From assembly GCA_027077805.1 (NCBI GenBank), contig JALWTS010000039.1:21877-85876 (forward strand): DNA of 64,000 bases. The letters are read 5' to 3'. Shown in pieces: positions 12,512-22,734 of this stretch. Origin of the DNA: Gammaproteobacteria bacterium. GTDB taxonomy: Bacteria > Pseudomonadota > Gammaproteobacteria > JABHGC01. Within the stretch, counting starts at the first letter, position 1. Each line of letters opens with the position of its first letter. A program made the translations under genes and the position numbers. A model generated the notes under the pieces. The model was given only the letters and a program-made list of their open reading frames with translations, did no database searches and had not been told where the DNA came from.

Positions 12512-12556
12512 AGGCTTAGAAACTTTAGTTACTTGAACGAGTAAATCATAAGTGAT

Positions 12557-12586
12557 TTAGCAAAAATTGGCAAAATTTCCTATAAT
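12557..12586 (+). promoter_or_regulatory. candidate sigma70 promoter (TTAGCA-N18-TATAAT) for the RDD/SpoIIM-like operon
   Basis: TATAAT at 12581-12586 and TTAGCA at 12557-12562, about 70 nt upstream of the ATG at 12656. Pattern match only. Confidence 0.3.
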
Positions 12587-12655
12587 CAAGCAAATTTCTG
12601 ATAAACTAATAAAGCAACAAACTATCAATTAAACGCAATTATTTATTGTTATCAG

Positions 12656-13339
12656 ATGCAACTAGACACCTTACAATCCATCTCAACACCTGAAGGTATT
12701 CGTTTGGATATTCGAGTGGCAGGGCCTATGGTTAGATTTTTAGCATGGGTAATTGATGCTTGTTTTCGGATGGCCATTGTCATTGCGTTTATATTTGCAT
12801 TGCTTCCCTTTGGTAAATTAGGCTCAGGATTTTGGTTGATTTTAATGTTTTTATTAGAATGGTTTTATCCTGTTATTTTTGAAATTTATTATCACGGTGC
12901 TACCCCGGGTAAAAAAATAATGGGGATATTAGTGATGAAAGAGGATGGTGCGCCGATGACTTGGTCTGCCTCATTATTGCGTAATATTTTACGTTTTGTT
13001 GACTTTTTACCTATTTTTTATGGCTTTGCTTTGGTGAGTATGTTATTGCGTCAAGACTTTAAACGTTTAGGTGATCTAAGTGCAGGGACTTTAGTCATTT
13101 ATGCGGAACCTAATCCGATTTCACCTACCGAGCCTAATGCGGAAAGTCTCGCATTAACCTTTCCCTTATCTATTGAAATGCAACGAGCAATTATTGATTA
13201 TAGTCAACGTAGTCAACAATTTTCTGAACAACGGCAACAAGAACTAGCGGATATGATTCCAGTATTAACGGGTGATCAAGCCCAAAATCGCATTCAGCGT
13301 TTACACGGTATCGCAAAATGGTTGTTAAATAAATCATGA
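12656..13339 (+). CDS. RDD-family membrane protein
   Basis: RDD-domain topology with 3 TM segments and the conserved R...D..D spacing. 4-nt overlap with the next gene. Confidence 0.65.
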   Translation: MQLDTLQSISTPEGIRLDIRVAGPMVRFLAWVIDACFRMAIVIAFIFALLPFGKLGSGFWLILMFLLEWFYPVIFEIYYHGATPGKKIMGILVMKEDGAPMTWSASLLRNILRFVDFLPIFYGFALVSMLLRQDFKRLGDLSAGTLVIYAEPNPISPTEPNAESLALTFPLSIEMQRAIIDYSQRSQQFSEQRQQELADMIPVLTGDQAQNRIQRLHGIAKWLLNKS

Positions 13340-14295
13340 GCCAGCAAACCTTTGAATCCAAAAACCAGTTGTTTTGGCAAGATTTTGAAAAACTCTTAAG
13401 CGCATTGGAACAGGGTAAAGCGACAGGAAAAATGCAATTAACCGAGTTTCCTAGATTATATCGCCAACTTTGCCATCAACTGGCATTCGCTCAAAACCGT
13501 CAATACAGTCCTTATTTAATTGATCGCTTAAACCATTTGGTACTCAGAGGTCATCAGCAACTTTATCAACAAAAAGCAGGGTATAACCCCCAAATTTTGT
13601 TTTATATTACGACGGGTTTTCCACGTTTAATTCGTCAAGAAGCTATTTATTTATGGATGGCTTGTTTCATGTTTTATGGTTCGTTATTGATTATGGGGGC
13701 AGTGGTTTATCAATGGCCAGAAATGATATATAGCTTATTAACTTCCGATCAAGTGCTTACAATGGAATCCATGTATCAACCTGACAAAGATGTCATTGGT
13801 CGAGATCGTGAGTCTGATAGCGATTTTTATATGTTTGGACACTACATCAAAAACAATATCGGTATTGGCTTTCAAACATTTGCTGGTGGAATTTTAGGCG
13901 GTTTAGGCACATTATTTTATCTGCTATACAATGGCTTATTTTTAGGAGCAGTAGCAGGACATTTAACTCGTATTGGCTATGATCAGACATTTTATTCATT
14001 TATTATTGGGCATGGTGCTTTTGAGCTAACCGCCATTGTATTAATGGGGATGGCTGGCTTAAAGCTAGGTTATGCCTTAATTGCTCCTAAACAAAAGACC
14101 TACATACAATCATTAAAAGAGGCGGGGAGCATTGTTATTCAAATTGTTTATGGTGCAAGCTTGTTTTTTCTCATTGCCGCATTTATCGAAGCATTTTGGT
14201 CATCAAGCACCTTATTGCCTAATATGGTTAAATATATAGTAGGCTCTGGCTTCTGGTTATTAGTCATTGCTTACTTGGGTTTGGCAGGTCGTTGA
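13336..14295 (+). CDS. stage II sporulation protein M-like (DUF95) membrane protein
   Basis: DUF95/SpoIIM-like multi-TM C-terminal half. It is the conserved partner of RDD proteins. Confidence 0.6.
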   Translation: MSQQTFESKNQLFWQDFEKLLSALEQGKATGKMQLTEFPRLYRQLCHQLAFAQNRQYSPYLIDRLNHLVLRGHQQLYQQKAGYNPQILFYITTGFPRLIRQEAIYLWMACFMFYGSLLIMGAVVYQWPEMIYSLLTSDQVLTMESMYQPDKDVIGRDRESDSDFYMFGHYIKNNIGIGFQTFAGGILGGLGTLFYLLYNGLFLGAVAGHLTRIGYDQTFYSFIIGHGAFELTAIVLMGMAGLKLGYALIAPKQKTYIQSLKEAGSIVIQIVYGASLFFLIAAFIEAFWSSSTLLPNMVKYIVGSGFWLLVIAYLGLAGR

Positions 14296-14516
14296 ATATA
14301 TTTGCAAATTGTTTTAGATATTACTTGAAGCAGTGATAATCATATGCTAGGCTTTAGGATTAGGTTTAGCATTGCTATACTGGCATATTAATCCAACTAA
14401 TGGCTTAATATGGTGTGAATATCAATTTATTTTACATAGATTGGTCCATGAAATAACGGTGATCTCGTTATGAATGGTGTTTTATTTTTAAGATCATATT
14501 TATTGAGAGTAAGTTC

Positions 14517-14786
14517 GTGAATATATATATCGGAAATCTGGCCTACAGTGTGACTGAAGATCAACTAAGAAGTGCCTTTGCTGATTTTGGTGAAATTTCA
14601 GAAGTCAATTTAATTAAAGACAAATTTTCAGGAAAATCAAAAGGGTTTGCTTTTGTTGAAATGCCAAATAATGTTGAAGCAGATGCGGCTATTAAAGGCT
14701 TAAATGAAAAACCCATTAATGGTCGTCCTGTCAAAGTAAATCAAGCGAAGCCACGTGGCGAACGTCCACCACGCAGACCAAGATAG
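14517..14786 (+). CDS. RRM-type RNA-binding protein (GTG start)
   Basis: RNP2 IYIGNL and RNP1 KGFAFVEM. 89 aa with no Gly-rich tail. Preceded by a leader of about 220 nt. Confidence 0.85.
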   Translation: MNIYIGNLAYSVTEDQLRSAFADFGEISEVNLIKDKFSGKSKGFAFVEMPNNVEADAAIKGLNEKPINGRPVKVNQAKPRGERPPRRPR

Positions 14787-14810
14787 TTATTTGTTTTAGT
14801 ATTCGTTTTG

Positions 14811-14833
14811 CTACTAGTACTCACCACTAGTAG
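14811..14833. terminator. hairpin CTACTAGT-N7-ACTAGTAG between the convergent RRM gene and trkA
   Basis: Perfect 8-bp inverted repeat located between two converging stop codons. The T-run is weak. Confidence 0.4.
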
Positions 14834-14882
14834 CAATTATTATTTCCCCTTAATCTAAATATAACCAAAAAAAACGTTAATC

Positions 14883-16259
14883 CTAACTGAAATAGGTAAA
14901 TCCTACCTGAAATAGTTTCTCAACCGCAACAATCTGATTCTTATCCACTAAAAATAAAATTACATGATCATCGGATTCAATGACGGTATCATGATGAGCA
15001 ATAATCACTTCTTGTTTACGTACAATGGCACCAATAGTAGTACCATAAGGTAATTTTATATCTTCAATTTTACGTCCCACTACTTTGGAATTGCTGGCAT
15101 CACCATGAGCAATCGCCTCAATTGCTTCAGCCGCTCCTTTGCGTAAAGAATGTACGACCACAACATCACCTCGTCGCACATATGCCAACAAATTACCAAT
15201 GGTTGCTTGTTGTGGCGAAATAGCAATATCAATCAATCCACTGCTTTCAACTAAATCCACATAAGCAGGACGATTAATTAACGCCATCACTTTGTGTGCA
15301 CCTAAACGTTTCGCTAACATTGCGGACAATACATTGGCATCATCATCATTAGTCAAGGCACAAAATACATCCGTATTATCAATATCTTCTTCCAGTAATA
15401 AATCTCTATCAGTCGCATCCCCTAATAATACAATACTTTTATGCAATTCTTTGGCAATTAATTCAGTACGCGCTTGATTCATCTCAATAACTTTAACATC
15501 ATACTGTTTTTCCAATGCTTTTGCTAAAGATACGCCAATATTCCCCCCCCCTGCGATCATAATCCGTCGAAACGGTTTTTCTTGTCGCCTAAGTTCACTG
15601 ATAAATTCACGAATATTTTCGGTGGTAGAAACATAAAATATTTCATCATCCGATTCAATCACCGTATCACCTTCAGGAATAATGGCTTTCCCATGACGGA
15701 AAATAGCCGCAACTCTTACTTTAATATTAGGCAAATGTTCTTCTAAAGTGCGTAATTTATGTTTTACTAAAGGACTACCATAATAAGCCTTTACTGCCAC
15801 TAAACGAACTTGTCCACCTGCAAAATCCAAAACTTGTAAAGCACCCGGATGTTCAATCAAACGTTTAATATAGTCAGTAACAACTAATTCAGGACTAATT
15901 AACAAGTCAATGGAAAATTTTGAGCTTAGATTTATGGATAAATCTAAATATTCATTAGAACGAATTCTGGCAATTTTCGTTGGTGTACGAAACAGTTTAT
16001 CCGCTATTTGACAAGCCACAATATTGGTTTCATCACTATTCGTAACGGCAATAATCATCTCTGCATCATTAGCACCTGCTTGTTTTAAAGTGCTAGGATA
16101 AGAGGCATGACCAAGCACAATGCCAATGTCCAAACGACCCTGTAATTCTTTGAGCAAATTTTCATTGGTATCAACAACAGTAATATTATTGTCTTCTTTC
16201 GCAAGATTACTTGCGACTGAACTACCGACTTGCCCTGCACCTAAAATGATAATATTCAT
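14883..16259 (-). CDS. trkA: Trk potassium uptake protein TrkA (two NAD-binding + two RCK_C domains)
   Basis: MNIIILGAGQVGSSVA Rossmann motif, a second GGGNIG motif, 458 aa. Confidence 0.9.
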   Translation of the reverse strand: MNIIILGAGQVGSSVASNLAKEDNNITVVDTNENLLKELQGRLDIGIVLGHASYPSTLKQAGANDAEMIIAVTNSDETNIVACQIADKLFRTPTKIARIRSNEYLDLSINLSSKFSIDLLISPELVVTDYIKRLIEHPGALQVLDFAGGQVRLVAVKAYYGSPLVKHKLRTLEEHLPNIKVRVAAIFRHGKAIIPEGDTVIESDDEIFYVSTTENIREFISELRRQEKPFRRIMIAGGGNIGVSLAKALEKQYDVKVIEMNQARTELIAKELHKSIVLLGDATDRDLLLEEDIDNTDVFCALTNDDDANVLSAMLAKRLGAHKVMALINRPAYVDLVESSGLIDIAISPQQATIGNLLAYVRRGDVVVVHSLRKGAAEAIEAIAHGDASNSKVVGRKIEDIKLPYGTTIGAIVRKQEVIIAHHDTVIESDDHVILFLVDKNQIVAVEKLFQVGFTYFS

Positions 16260-16313
16260 AGACTTATTCTATTTATTTTGTTTATTTTATTTTTGTTTTA
16301 ATGTGACTAAGGT

Positions 16314-17675
16314 CTAACGTTTAAATTTAATCCCTAAATTATGCAGTTTGCGATAAAGATGGGTGCGTTCCATTCCAGCAACTTTTGCAAGCCTGCTGAC
16401 ACTATCACGACATTCTCGCAATTTATATTCCAAATAGATTTTTTCAAATTGCTCTCTTGCTTGGCGTAAAGGCAAATCAAATGAAATAGGCAATGAGGTT
16501 TTAGTCTCCCCTGTATTTGCCATACTACTAAAATCCATTTCGACTTCTTCTAAACTAATTTCATCACCCACCCCTAAAATTAACAATCGTTGCACTAAAT
16601 TCTTAACTTCACGGATATTGCCTGGCCAAGCATAATTTCGTAAATAATTTTGGGCAGCCACGGTAAAATAACGTAAGGGTAACTTTTCCTGATTCACAAA
16701 ATAATTCACATAGTAGTTAAGTAAGTCTGGAATATCTTCTCTATGCTCTCGTAAAGGCGGAATTTGAACAGTAACCGCATTTAAATGATAAAATAAATCT
16801 TCCCGAAACCGTCCTTCTTTGACCTCTTGTTCTAAATCCTTCTGACTAGCCGCAATGACTCTAACATCAATTTTAACAGCCTGCGAACCACCGACTCTTA
16901 AAAACGAACCTGATTCTAATGCACTTAACAAACGCCCTTGCGTTTCCAAGTCCATATCAGCAACTTCATCTAAAAATAATATCCCACCGTTGGCCTGCTC
17001 TAAGCGACCATAAAATACTTTATTCCCTTCTTCATGACCAAATAATTCTACTGACGAATTTTCTTTCGCAATTGATGCAACGCCAACATCAACAAAGTTT
17101 TCATTACGTCGTGAACTATTGGCATGCAAATATCGAGCAAAGGTTTCTTTACCACTTCCAACTTCACCTAAAAACAATACCCAAGTATTATGCTGTGCAA
17201 TGCGTTGAATTTGTTCTCGTAGATGTTGTAATACAGAACTTTTACCAATGGGTTGATTAATATTGATTAATTTTTTTCTTAAGCCAATATTTTCTTGACG
17301 TAATTTATCTGCGACTAATGCTCGTTCTACTGTTAATAACAATTTGGCTAGTGTTAAAGGCTTTTCTAAAAAATCATACGCACCTAAACGGGTCGCTTCA
17401 ACTGCCGTTTCAATTGTACCATGACCTGACATAACAATGACAGCACAACTTAATTCGCCTGAATCTGACCATTCTTTAAGTAAGGTAATGCCATCAACAT
17501 CAGGCATCCAAATATCTAATAAAATTAGATCGGGACGACGTTGCCGACGTGCTAATCTTGCTGATTCACCGTTTTCAGCCGTCATTACCTCATAGTTTTC
17601 ATCTTCTAAAATGTCCTTAACAGTATTACAAATTTCAGGTTCATCATCAATAACTAAAATATATGGTTTGCTCAT
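16314..17675 (-). CDS. ntrX: NtrX-like response regulator (REC + AAA+ sigma54-activator-like + Fis HTH) lacking the GAFTGA motif
   Basis: REC domain (LVIDDEPE...DIWMPDVDG), Walker A GEVGSGKE, C-terminal HTH. The ELFGHEEGNKVFYG segment replaces GAFTGA, as in NtrX. Confidence 0.7.
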   Translation of the reverse strand: MSKPYILVIDDEPEICNTVKDILEDENYEVMTAENGESARLARRQRRPDLILLDIWMPDVDGITLLKEWSDSGELSCAVIVMSGHGTIETAVEATRLGAYDFLEKPLTLAKLLLTVERALVADKLRQENIGLRKKLININQPIGKSSVLQHLREQIQRIAQHNTWVLFLGEVGSGKETFARYLHANSSRRNENFVDVGVASIAKENSSVELFGHEEGNKVFYGRLEQANGGILFLDEVADMDLETQGRLLSALESGSFLRVGGSQAVKIDVRVIAASQKDLEQEVKEGRFREDLFYHLNAVTVQIPPLREHREDIPDLLNYYVNYFVNQEKLPLRYFTVAAQNYLRNYAWPGNIREVKNLVQRLLILGVGDEISLEEVEMDFSSMANTGETKTSLPISFDLPLRQAREQFEKIYLEYKLRECRDSVSRLAKVAGMERTHLYRKLHNLGIKFKR

Positions 17676-17699
17676 CTGATTATTCTTCCTAATCGTGCA

Positions 17700-19832
17700 T
17701 TAACGATAATTTTTTGACTTCAGGACAGGAAAACGAATTTTAATACTCGCACCACCTTGCTGTCGATTTTCAACATGAATCATCCCCCCATGTTCTTCGA
17801 CAATTTTCTTTACAATTGCTAATCCTAAGCCAGTACCTTTTGTTTTAGTAGTGATATAAGGCTCAAACAAATGACCTAATACTTTTTTATCAAAACCTGA
17901 ACCATTATCCAAAATTTGCAAACTCATACTATCGTCTATTTCTGGCTGGTAATCAGTCATTACTTCAATTTTATTGTGATTATTGGTTTTAAATGCTTCT
18001 AAGCTATTTTTGATTAAATTGTGAATCATTTGGCGTAGTCTATCACTATCTGCTCGGATTTTGGGTAAATTTTCAGCCAAATTTAATGAAATTTCAATAT
18101 TTTGCTCTGTTCTACCCCGATATAAATCTAAAACATCTTGTAGCAAGTGATTGAGATTTAACGCTTGTGGATGAATATCTGGTGCTTTCGCATATTGTGA
18201 AAAGGCATTAACCATTGACTGCATGGCTTCTACCTGTTGCACAATTGTTTGAATAGAACGTTTTAATATCGTTGCTTTATCTTCATCTAAATCTGGTAAG
18301 ATTTTACGTTGTAGTCGTTCTGCTGATAAACGAATAGGGGTTAAGGGGTTTTTGATTTCATGAGCCAAGCGTCTTGCGACTTCCCCCCATGCCGTATCCT
18401 TTTCTGCTTGAATCAATTTGGTCACATCATCAAATACCACGACATAACCTTGTGTATTGGGCAAATAGGAACCTCGGCAAATTAATACTCGACGCTGACT
18501 TTGTATAAATAACTCAATTTGTTTTTCCCATGACTGTTCTGAAGGCTGTAAATCTTTAAAAAAATCATCTAAATAATCGTTGGCATCGGCATCCTCTAAT
18601 ACCAGCATATCATTTTGTTGCGATTCTTGAAACCTTACCCCTAAAATCTGTTCTGCGGCTTGATTGGCAGTTTTGAGATGATTGGTTTCATCAAAAGTCA
18701 ATACCCCTGAAGATAAGCGTTGTAATACGGTTTGCAAATATTCATGTTGTTGTTCTAACTGTTGTTGGGCTGAGGCAATTTTTTGCATCATATTATTAAA
18801 TGATTGCACTAAAAATCCCAGTTCATCTTGACGAATGGTTTTCAAAGGTTGACTATAATCACCTTTTGCGACGGCCTGTGTTCCTGCCACTAATTCTTGA
18901 ATGGGTTTCACTAGACGTCGAGTAAAACCAAATGCCATCCAAATTGCAGTTAAACTGCTAAATAGCAATACTAAAGACAAAGTTAAGGCAAAATTTTCCA
19001 TAAGCGATTGATGCAAAAACACAATTTCACGATAATGCGAAAATGAGGTTTTGATTGAATTTGCTAATTTATCCATTTTTTCAGGCACAGGAAATAATGC
19101 TTGAATCATTAAGCCACTTCCTGAATCATCATAGGCAATAATTCGCATGGATAAACCTTGATCTTTAACAATATCAAGCCCCATATAATTATGTCGCTGA
19201 CTTAAAAATAATGTTTCATTCGCTTTAGGTAAACTGGGTAAAATCTTAGAAGGATCATCATGACTACTGGCCATCACTTGTCCTGATTTATTAAACAATG
19301 TTAATTCATAGGCTTGATACGATTGACGTAATTCATCTAAACGTAATGCTAATAAACTTTGGGGCATATTGACAAACTCGGGCAACATTTGTTGCGTTTG
19401 ATATAATTTTTCACGCATATACAAATCTAAAGCATTACGACTTAAATCCAAGGCATCTTGCATGGTTTGTTCAATTTCAACATCAAACCAGCTATCAATC
19501 CCTTGTTTTAAAAATTGTAAGGAATAATAATAAACAATACTAACAGGGACTAAACCTAATAAAACAAATAGTAATACCATGCGTATGGTTAACAAAATAC
19601 CTGGCACTTGATGACGATATTGCCGAATTAAGCGATAAATATTAATGCCAATCAGCATGAGTAAAATGACTAATCCTGCTAAATTAATTAATAATAATTC
19701 TGAGTAAAATCCTTTTAGTTGGGCCGAGTTTTGGCTAGCATTGCTGATTAAATCCAATGATATCAATAACAAAATAAATAATACAATCACTGGAAAACTA
19801 CTGCTGATCCAGCGTTTAATAAAAGTTATCAT
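17700..19832 (-). CDS. ntrY: NtrY-like sensor histidine kinase (4TM-HAMP-PAS-HisKA-HATPase)
   Basis: H-box LAHEIKNPLTPI, N box, G boxes [11 protein letters not shown]. Paired with ntrX and DUF4390. Confidence 0.7.
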   Translation of the reverse strand: MITFIKRWISSSFPVIVLFILLLISLDLISNASQNSAQLKGFYSELLLINLAGLVILLMLIGINIYRLIRQYRHQVPGILLTIRMVLLFVLLGLVPVSIVYYYSLQFLKQGIDSWFDVEIEQTMQDALDLSRNALDLYMREKLYQTQQMLPEFVNMPQSLLALRLDELRQSYQAYELTLFNKSGQVMASSHDDPSKILPSLPKANETLFLSQRHNYMGLDIVKDQGLSMRIIAYDDSGSGLMIQALFPVPEKMDKLANSIKTSFSHYREIVFLHQSLMENFALTLSLVLLFSSLTAIWMAFGFTRRLVKPIQELVAGTQAVAKGDYSQPLKTIRQDELGFLVQSFNNMMQKIASAQQQLEQQHEYLQTVLQRLSSGVLTFDETNHLKTANQAAEQILGVRFQESQQNDMLVLEDADANDYLDDFFKDLQPSEQSWEKQIELFIQSQRRVLICRGSYLPNTQGYVVVFDDVTKLIQAEKDTAWGEVARRLAHEIKNPLTPIRLSAERLQRKILPDLDEDKATILKRSIQTIVQQVEAMQSMVNAFSQYAKAPDIHPQALNLNHLLQDVLDLYRGRTEQNIEISLNLAENLPKIRADSDRLRQMIHNLIKNSLEAFKTNNHNKIEVMTDYQPEIDDSMSLQILDNGSGFDKKVLGHLFEPYITTKTKGTGLGLAIVKKIVEEHGGMIHVENRQQGGASIKIRFPVLKSKNYR

Positions 19833-19841
19833 ACTAACTTG

Positions 19842-20408
19842 CTACTCGATTTTTTCATTTTGTTCGTTCTGTTCACTTAAAGTCCATTGATACCAGTCAC
19901 TACTTAATAGCCAAGAAGGTGAAAAATAAGCAATCGGTAATAATGGTAAAGGTAAATCTTCAATCACTAATACGGCTTTCAAACGGACTTGATATTGTTT
20001 ATCCGCCTCTAAAATTTCTTTGTCTAAAATCGGTAAATCTTGAATGTCACCTAAAGCGGTTATTGCCGCAGATAATGAAAAAAAACTTTGTTCAATGTCA
20101 GTATTTTTATAAGAAAGTTGATATTTTTTGGCCAAAGCATGATAGTGAAGAATATAATACTGTCTTAACAAAGCAATGGTTTTATTCCATAACCACTGCC
20201 GTTGTTCTAATACTTCAATTTTTACTTCAAATGTAATGGGAACCCCATTATTCAAAGCGTCTAATGCGGCTTCGCTTAATTGATAATCTATTTGACTATT
20301 AAGCAAATAAACACCATTAACTAAATGGGTTTCGGCATTGATAATTTTAAACTCTCCGGCTGATAAGCAAGTAGTCCAACAAAATAAAAAAATAGAAATA
20401 TACTTCAC
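19842..20408 (-). CDS. DUF4390-family secreted protein (NtrY/NtrX-associated)
   Basis: Signal peptide, then a conserved DUF4390-like core. Position rsmB-DUF4390-ntrY-ntrX as in beta/gamma-proteobacteria. Confidence 0.5.
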   Translation of the reverse strand: MKYISIFLFCWTTCLSAGEFKIINAETHLVNGVYLLNSQIDYQLSEAALDALNNGVPITFEVKIEVLEQRQWLWNKTIALLRQYYILHYHALAKKYQLSYKNTDIEQSFFSLSAAITALGDIQDLPILDKEILEADKQYQVRLKAVLVIEDLPLPLLPIAYFSPSWLLSSDWYQWTLSEQNEQNEKIE

Positions 20409-20467
20409 ATTACTGTCTTTTAGTTATTATTATTTATTATTTAATTATCTATTGACAACAATAGTAA

Positions 20468-21775
20468 TTAACTTGTTTTTTGTAAACAAGCATAATAAAA
20501 CCCATCTCGATTCACATCAGGCAAAATCTGCCAACCATACTGGGAATAATTTTGCCAAACTGGCTTGGGTAATATTAATTTAACATTATGCTGTGATTGC
20601 AGAAATTTCTCAATCTGTTTATCATTTTCCTGCACTAAAATCGAACATGTACTATAAAGCAGTAAGCCATTAGGCTTTAACAATGGCCATAAGCTTTGTA
20701 ATAACAATTGTTGTTGTTGGATTAGCACGCTAATATCTTCGAAAGTTCGTAAATATTTAATTTCGGGATGACGTCGGATAATACCTGTGGCTGAACATGG
20801 CACATCTAATAAAATTCTGTCCCATAATTGACCATTTGACCATTTTTCTGGCTCTAAAGCTGAGGCTTGTAATACGTCTGCCTGACATTGTTGCCGTTGC
20901 AGATTTTGTTGCAATCGTACACAGCGTTCCTCACTCACATCTAATGCTAATAATTTTGCTAAACCCGCTTGTTTATCCCAAATATGAGTCGTCTTACTTC
21001 CTGGGGCGGCACACGCATCTAAAACCGTTAAATCAGCTTGTAATTGTAATAGTTCTACAGCAAATTGACCTGATAAATCTTGTACCGCAAACCAGCCTTG
21101 TTGATAACCAGGTAAACTTACAATATCTGACATATGCTTTAAAATTAACGCTGATTGACATTCAGGTACTAAAGTAGCTGTAATATTTTGTTGGCTTAGT
21201 TCATTTTGATAATCAGTGGTACTGATTTTTTGTTGGTTAATTCTCAAACATAATGAGGGAATTTGGTTGTTAGTGCTTAAAATTGCTTGCCATTGCACTG
21301 GCCAATTTTGTTGAATTTCAGTGATTAACCAGTCAGGATGTGAGTAAACATAGTTTGCTTGCTGAGATAGTTTTTGTTGAATTTGTGCTTGTTCTCGCAA
21401 AAATCGACGTAATACTGCATTAACTAAGGCTTTTGCCCATAATTTTTTTCTTGATTTGCTTAAAGCTACCGTTTCATTAACTGCCGCATGATTAGGTATG
21501 CGTAAGTAAATAATTTGGTATAAACCCAGTAAAATAATAATCTCAATATCTTTGTCTTTCGTTCTTAAGGGTTTCTCAATTAATGCCAAACTAATTGATT
21601 GTAACTGATGATAATAGCGCATCACTCCAAAACATAATTCATGTAATAATGCCTTATCTTGGGGTGTTATTTTGGATATGGTAGGCAGTAGTTGCTCTAA
21701 TTGCGAATTTAAAGTATGTTTTTTAACAATTACGGCGATTAATATTTTAAGTGCCAAATTACGAATATTATTCAT
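20468..21775 (-). CDS. rsmB: 16S rRNA (cytosine967-C5)-methyltransferase RsmB (Sun)
   Basis: NusB-like N-terminus plus SAM-MTase motifs (DACAAPGSKT, DRILLDVPCSATG). In the def-fmt-rsmB operon. Confidence 0.85.
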   Translation of the reverse strand: MNNIRNLALKILIAVIVKKHTLNSQLEQLLPTISKITPQDKALLHELCFGVMRYYHQLQSISLALIEKPLRTKDKDIEIIILLGLYQIIYLRIPNHAAVNETVALSKSRKKLWAKALVNAVLRRFLREQAQIQQKLSQQANYVYSHPDWLITEIQQNWPVQWQAILSTNNQIPSLCLRINQQKISTTDYQNELSQQNITATLVPECQSALILKHMSDIVSLPGYQQGWFAVQDLSGQFAVELLQLQADLTVLDACAAPGSKTTHIWDKQAGLAKLLALDVSEERCVRLQQNLQRQQCQADVLQASALEPEKWSNGQLWDRILLDVPCSATGIIRRHPEIKYLRTFEDISVLIQQQQLLLQSLWPLLKPNGLLLYSTCSILVQENDKQIEKFLQSQHNVKLILPKPVWQNYSQYGWQILPDVNRDGFYYACLQKTS

Positions 21776-22731
21776 TCAGCTCCCAATATAATGCCCTTTG
21801 TCGCATAAGCATTGGCAAAATCGCTGGCATTCATTGCTTGTTTACCAGGCAATTGGATTTTCTTTAAGCGAATAATGCCCTGCCCTGTCATAATATCTAA
21901 ACCTGTTTTGCCCGCTTGAATAATTTCACCTACTTGAGCCTGTCCAGAATCAGTAGGGGAATGACTATCAGTAAGCAATTCTGCTTGCCAAATGCGTAAA
22001 ACGTTACCTTGATACTCACTGTAAGCAATCGGCCAAGGATAAAAGCCTCGAATTTGATTATACAACTCGATTGCACTTAATGACCAATCTAATTGAGCTT
22101 CTTGTTTGCTTAATTTATGTGCATAAGTGGCTAAATCATGATTTTGTGGTACTGCTTTAATGCTTTGATCAGCAATTTGTGGTAATACCTGTAATAATGC
22201 TTTACTGCCTAACTGACTTAAACGATCATGCAAATCTTGAGCAGTATCTTTAAAACCAATATCACAACTTATAGTACTAAATATCGCACCAGTATCCAGT
22301 CCTTTGTCCATTTGCATAATGCTGACACCTGATTGCTTATCCCCTGCTAAAATTGCTCGTTGAATCGGTGCCGCACCTCGCCATTTAGGTAATAATGACG
22401 CATGAATATTAATACAACCCAATGTTGGTATGGCTAGAATAGTCTCAGGCAATAACAAACCATAAGCCACTACAATCATAATATCAGGTTTTAATGCTGC
22501 TAATTGTTGGACTTGTGCTTGGGATTTTAAACTTTGCGGTTGTAATACGGGCAATTGAGAGTTTAATGCCAATTGTTTTACTGGACTTGCTTGCAATTTA
22601 CGCCCTCGACCTGCGGGTCTATCTGGTTGGGTGTAAACGGCAACTACGGAATAATTTGCATCAATTAATGCTTGTAAAGGCGGTACTGAAAATTCAGGCG
22701 TACCTGCAAAGACGACTCGGAGTTGTGTCAT
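21772..22731 (-). CDS. fmt: methionyl-tRNA formyltransferase
   Basis: VVFAGTPEF...INIHASLLPKWRGAAPIQRAI, the Fmt signature. Confidence 0.9.
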   Translation of the reverse strand: MTQLRVVFAGTPEFSVPPLQALIDANYSVVAVYTQPDRPAGRGRKLQASPVKQLALNSQLPVLQPQSLKSQAQVQQLAALKPDIMIVVAYGLLLPETILAIPTLGCINIHASLLPKWRGAAPIQRAILAGDKQSGVSIMQMDKGLDTGAIFSTISCDIGFKDTAQDLHDRLSQLGSKALLQVLPQIADQSIKAVPQNHDLATYAHKLSKQEAQLDWSLSAIELYNQIRGFYPWPIAYSEYQGNVLRIWQAELLTDSHSPTDSGQAQVGEIIQAGKTGLDIMTGQGIIRLKKIQLPGKQAMNASDFANAYATKGIILGAE

Positions 22732-22734
22732 AGA

